11,825 nt of DNA, from assembly GCF_006345805.1 (NCBI RefSeq), contig NW_021826899.1:1-11825 (forward strand). Reading direction: 5' to 3'. The DNA comes from Octopus sinensis. Taxonomy: Eukaryota. The position numbers and the translations under genes are program-made. This document shows, one piece after another, positions 9,665 through 11,825 of this stretch (positions are counted from its first letter, which is position 1; the number at the start of each line of letters is the position of its first letter). The notes beneath the pieces were generated by a model. It saw only the letters and a program-made list of their open reading frames with translations. It had not been told where the DNA came from and ran no database searches.

Positions 9665-10093
9665 GCGGCGAGCTGGCAGAAACGTTAGCACACCGGGCGA
9701 AATGCATAGCAGTATTTCGTCTGCCGTTACGTTCTGAGTTCAAATTCCGTCGAGGTCAACTTTGCCTTTCATCCTTTCGGGGTCGATTAAATAAGTACCA
9801 GTTACGCACTGAGGTCCAAGTAATCGACTTAATCCGTTTGTCTGTCCTTGTTTGTCCCCTCTGTATTTAGGCCCTTGTGGGTAGTAAAGAAATAGGTATT
9901 TCGCCTGCCGCTACGTCCTGAGTTCAAATTCCGCCGAGGTCGACTTTGCCTTTCATCCTTTCGGGGTCGATAAATTAAGTACCAGTTACGCATTGGTGTC
10001 GATATAATCGACTTGATCCCTTTGTCTGTCCTTGTTTGTTCCCTCTATGTTTAGCCCCTTGTGGGCAATAAAGAAATAAGAAACGTTAGCACG
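9665..10093 (+). mobile_element. SINE-B copy 6, dimeric long-tail form plus the start of a third unit
   Basis: Head GCGGCGAGCTGGCAG; unit 1 ends GTAGTAAAGAAATAG (9895), unit 2 restarts at GTATTTCG and ends GCAATAAAGAAATA, then AGAAACGTTAGCACG. Confidence 0.93.
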
Positions 10094-10234
10094 TAACTGG
10101 TACTTAATTTATCGACCCCGAAAGGATGAAAAGCACAGTCGACCTCTGCGGAATTTGAACTCAGAACGTAACGGCAGACGAAATACTGCTAAGCATTTCG
10201 CCCGGCGTGCTAACGATTCTGCCAGCTCGCCGCC
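10092..10234 (-). mobile_element. SINE-B copy 7, 5' 143 nt, fused in inverted orientation to copy 6
   Basis: Reverse-complement head GGCGGCGAGCTGGCAGAATCG at 10234, running to CCAGTTACG. Confidence 0.92.
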
Positions 10235-10680
10235 TTACTAGTTTTAATAATAATGAAATTGTACAATATTTATTTGAACACTGAAAAGGAAGATTTGTGA
10301 TTTGAGACAATCCACTCATGACCACCGCACTTTGTTGTATGATATACAACTACATAAAACATTATCTACATTCACAAGATGGTATGGTAATTTTTGAGGG
10401 AAAATATGTTGGCTGTCTTAAGCACGCCGAGCCACCAGGTGGAAGCTTATATCTTAACCTGGAGGAATAACGGTTATCATTACTACTGTTTAGTCCTATG
10501 TATTCCCTAATAAAACAGACCTTATAATCAAACGTGTTCCATCCTTGACCATCCGTCGAATAATCTGGGTGTAGACAGCATAATGTTTCCTTCGTTATTT
10601 GAAACTTTAGGTTTGAGTATTTGAGGTAATTTAACTGCTATATCTAACACTTCGTCTAATCTGCTGGCACGCAGTGTAAC

Positions 10681-11010
10681 AGTGGTGGGGGTAGTGGTGG
10701 TAGCGGCGGCGGTGATGGTGGTTGATAGTGATAATGGTAGCATTGATGGCGGTGGTTTTGGCGGCTGATAACGGTAGTGGTAATGGTAGTGGCGGCGGCG
10801 GTGGTGATGTCGATAGAAGCTGATAATGGTGATGATAGTGGTGGAATTTGTGGTGAAAGTGTATGATAAAGATGGTGTTGTAGCAGTAATGATGTTTTTA
10901 TTATTGTTGTTGTTGCTGATGGTAGTGGTGACGGTAGTAGTGGTGGCGATGGTGGTTAATGGTGGTAGTGGTGGAAGTGGTAAGAAGAGTGGCTGATAAC
11001 GTTATTGGTT
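10681..11010. repeat. Degenerate (GGT)n/(GAT)n trinucleotide low-complexity tract
   Basis: GGT/GAT/GTT/GGC triplets throughout. Confidence 0.85.
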
Positions 11011-11012
11011 CT

Positions 11013-11239
11013 GGTGATGGTGGCAGAATCATTACCGCATCGGAGGATACGTTTAGTGGCATTACTTACGGTTTTACGTTCAGAGTTCAAATTCTACCTA
11101 GGACGGCTTTTGCCTTTTACCCTTTCGGGGTCGATAAAAATAGGTACCAGTAGAACACTAGGCTCGATGCAATAGATTAGAGCCCATCCCCCACCAAATC
11201 TCCCGTAAAATTTCGGGTTCTGTGTCAATAATAGAAAGG
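11013..11239 (+). mobile_element. SINE-B copy 8, old and diverged, short-tail type
   Basis: TGGCAGAATC...GAGTTCAAATTCT...CCTTTCGGGGTCGATAAAAATAGGTACCAG...AAAATTTCGGG...ATAGAAAGG. Confidence 0.75.
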
Positions 11240-11249
11240 CAATTTGTAT

Positions 11250-11440
11250 TGGTTGTGAGGTGGTGGTGGTGGTGTGGTGTGGTTGGTGGTGGTGGTGGTG
11301 GTGGTGGTGGTGGTTTGGTGGATGTGGTGGTGATGGTGGTGGTTTTGAAAGTAGTGATGGTGGTGATGATGATAGTGATTATTGTTAGATGATGAGGATG
11401 AATAATGATAATAGTGATGTTGATATCTTTTTTGTTGCTG

Positions 11441-11472
<32 letters not shown>

Positions 11473-11565
11473 GGTGGTGGTGGTGATGGTAGTGGTGGTG
11501 ATGGTGGTGGTGACGATAGTGACGATGGTAGTGGCGATGGTAATAACAGTGATGATGATGGAAGA
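11250..11565. repeat. (GGT)n/(GAT)n/(GTT)n compound trinucleotide repeat
   Basis: Pure GGT runs at ~11285-11312 and ~11458-11483, with GAT and GTT runs. Confidence 0.9.
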
Positions 11566-11584
11566 TTGAATACGTGTTTACATT

Positions 11585-11825
11585 GGCGTAGGAGTGGCTG
11601 TGTGGTAAGTAGCTTGCTTACGAACCACCTGATTGTGGGTTCAGTCCCACTGCGTGGCACCTACTATAGCCTCGAGCCGACCAAAGCCTTGTGAGAAGAT
11701 TTAGTAGACGGAAACTGAAAGAAGCCCTTACTATATATGTATATATATATATATGCGTGTGTGTGTGTGTATGTGTTTGCGTGGGGATGTATGTGCGTAT
11801 GTGTGTGTGTGTGTGTTTGTGTGTG
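11585..11825 (+). mobile_element. SINE-A copy 9, 5' half with a 16-nt deletion; runs off the window end
   Basis: GGCGTAGGAGTGGCTGTGTGGTAAGTAGC head through GAAAGAAGCCC and the TA/TG tract. Confidence 0.9.

Noticed and set aside
10318-10470. 50-aa plus-strand ORF MTTALCC...DGMVIFEGKYVGCLKHAEPPGGSLYLNLEE
   Set aside because: It is short, has no recognised homology and has no convincing splice or promoter context.
10528-10743. 71-aa minus-strand ORF ending VTLRASRLDEVLDIAVKLPQ...
   Set aside because: Its start lies in the GGT/GAT low-complexity tract and I do not recognise the remainder; ORFs of this length are expected by chance.
11389-11694. Poly-V/G/D ORF and its antisense poly-P/T/S ORF
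   Set aside because: These are translations of trinucleotide repeats running into a SINE-A head.

Overview
This is eukaryotic, repeat-saturated DNA, and I recognise no host gene in it; it is probably intronic or intergenic. The repeat families look like those of Octopus (recognised from memory, no database search). The window contains 9 copies or fragments of one tRNA-headed SINE family ('SINE-A', head GGCGYAGGAGTGGCTGTGTGG, with an internal (TA)n(TG)n tract) and 8 copies of a second family ('SINE-B', head GGCGGCGAGCTGGCAGAAACG, three tail variants, two dimeric copies). It also holds the 3' end of a probable L1/Tx1-clade LINE on the minus strand (5213-5726, ORF2 C-terminal remnant plus 3'UTR) and many long microsatellites. 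Most ORFs in the track are artefacts of microsatellites or SINEs. The most interesting signal is that the SINE-B long tail is clearly similar to the last ~50 nt of the Tx1-like LINE, including a terminal stem-loop before AATAAAGAAA, which suggests a SINE/LINE partnership through a shared tail. Other notable points are an ~66-78 bp duplication around one SINE-B insertion, identical dimer junctions in two independent SINE-B copies, and several close inverted SINE pairs that could form dsRNA. A few splice-signal-bounded micro-exon candidates are speculative.
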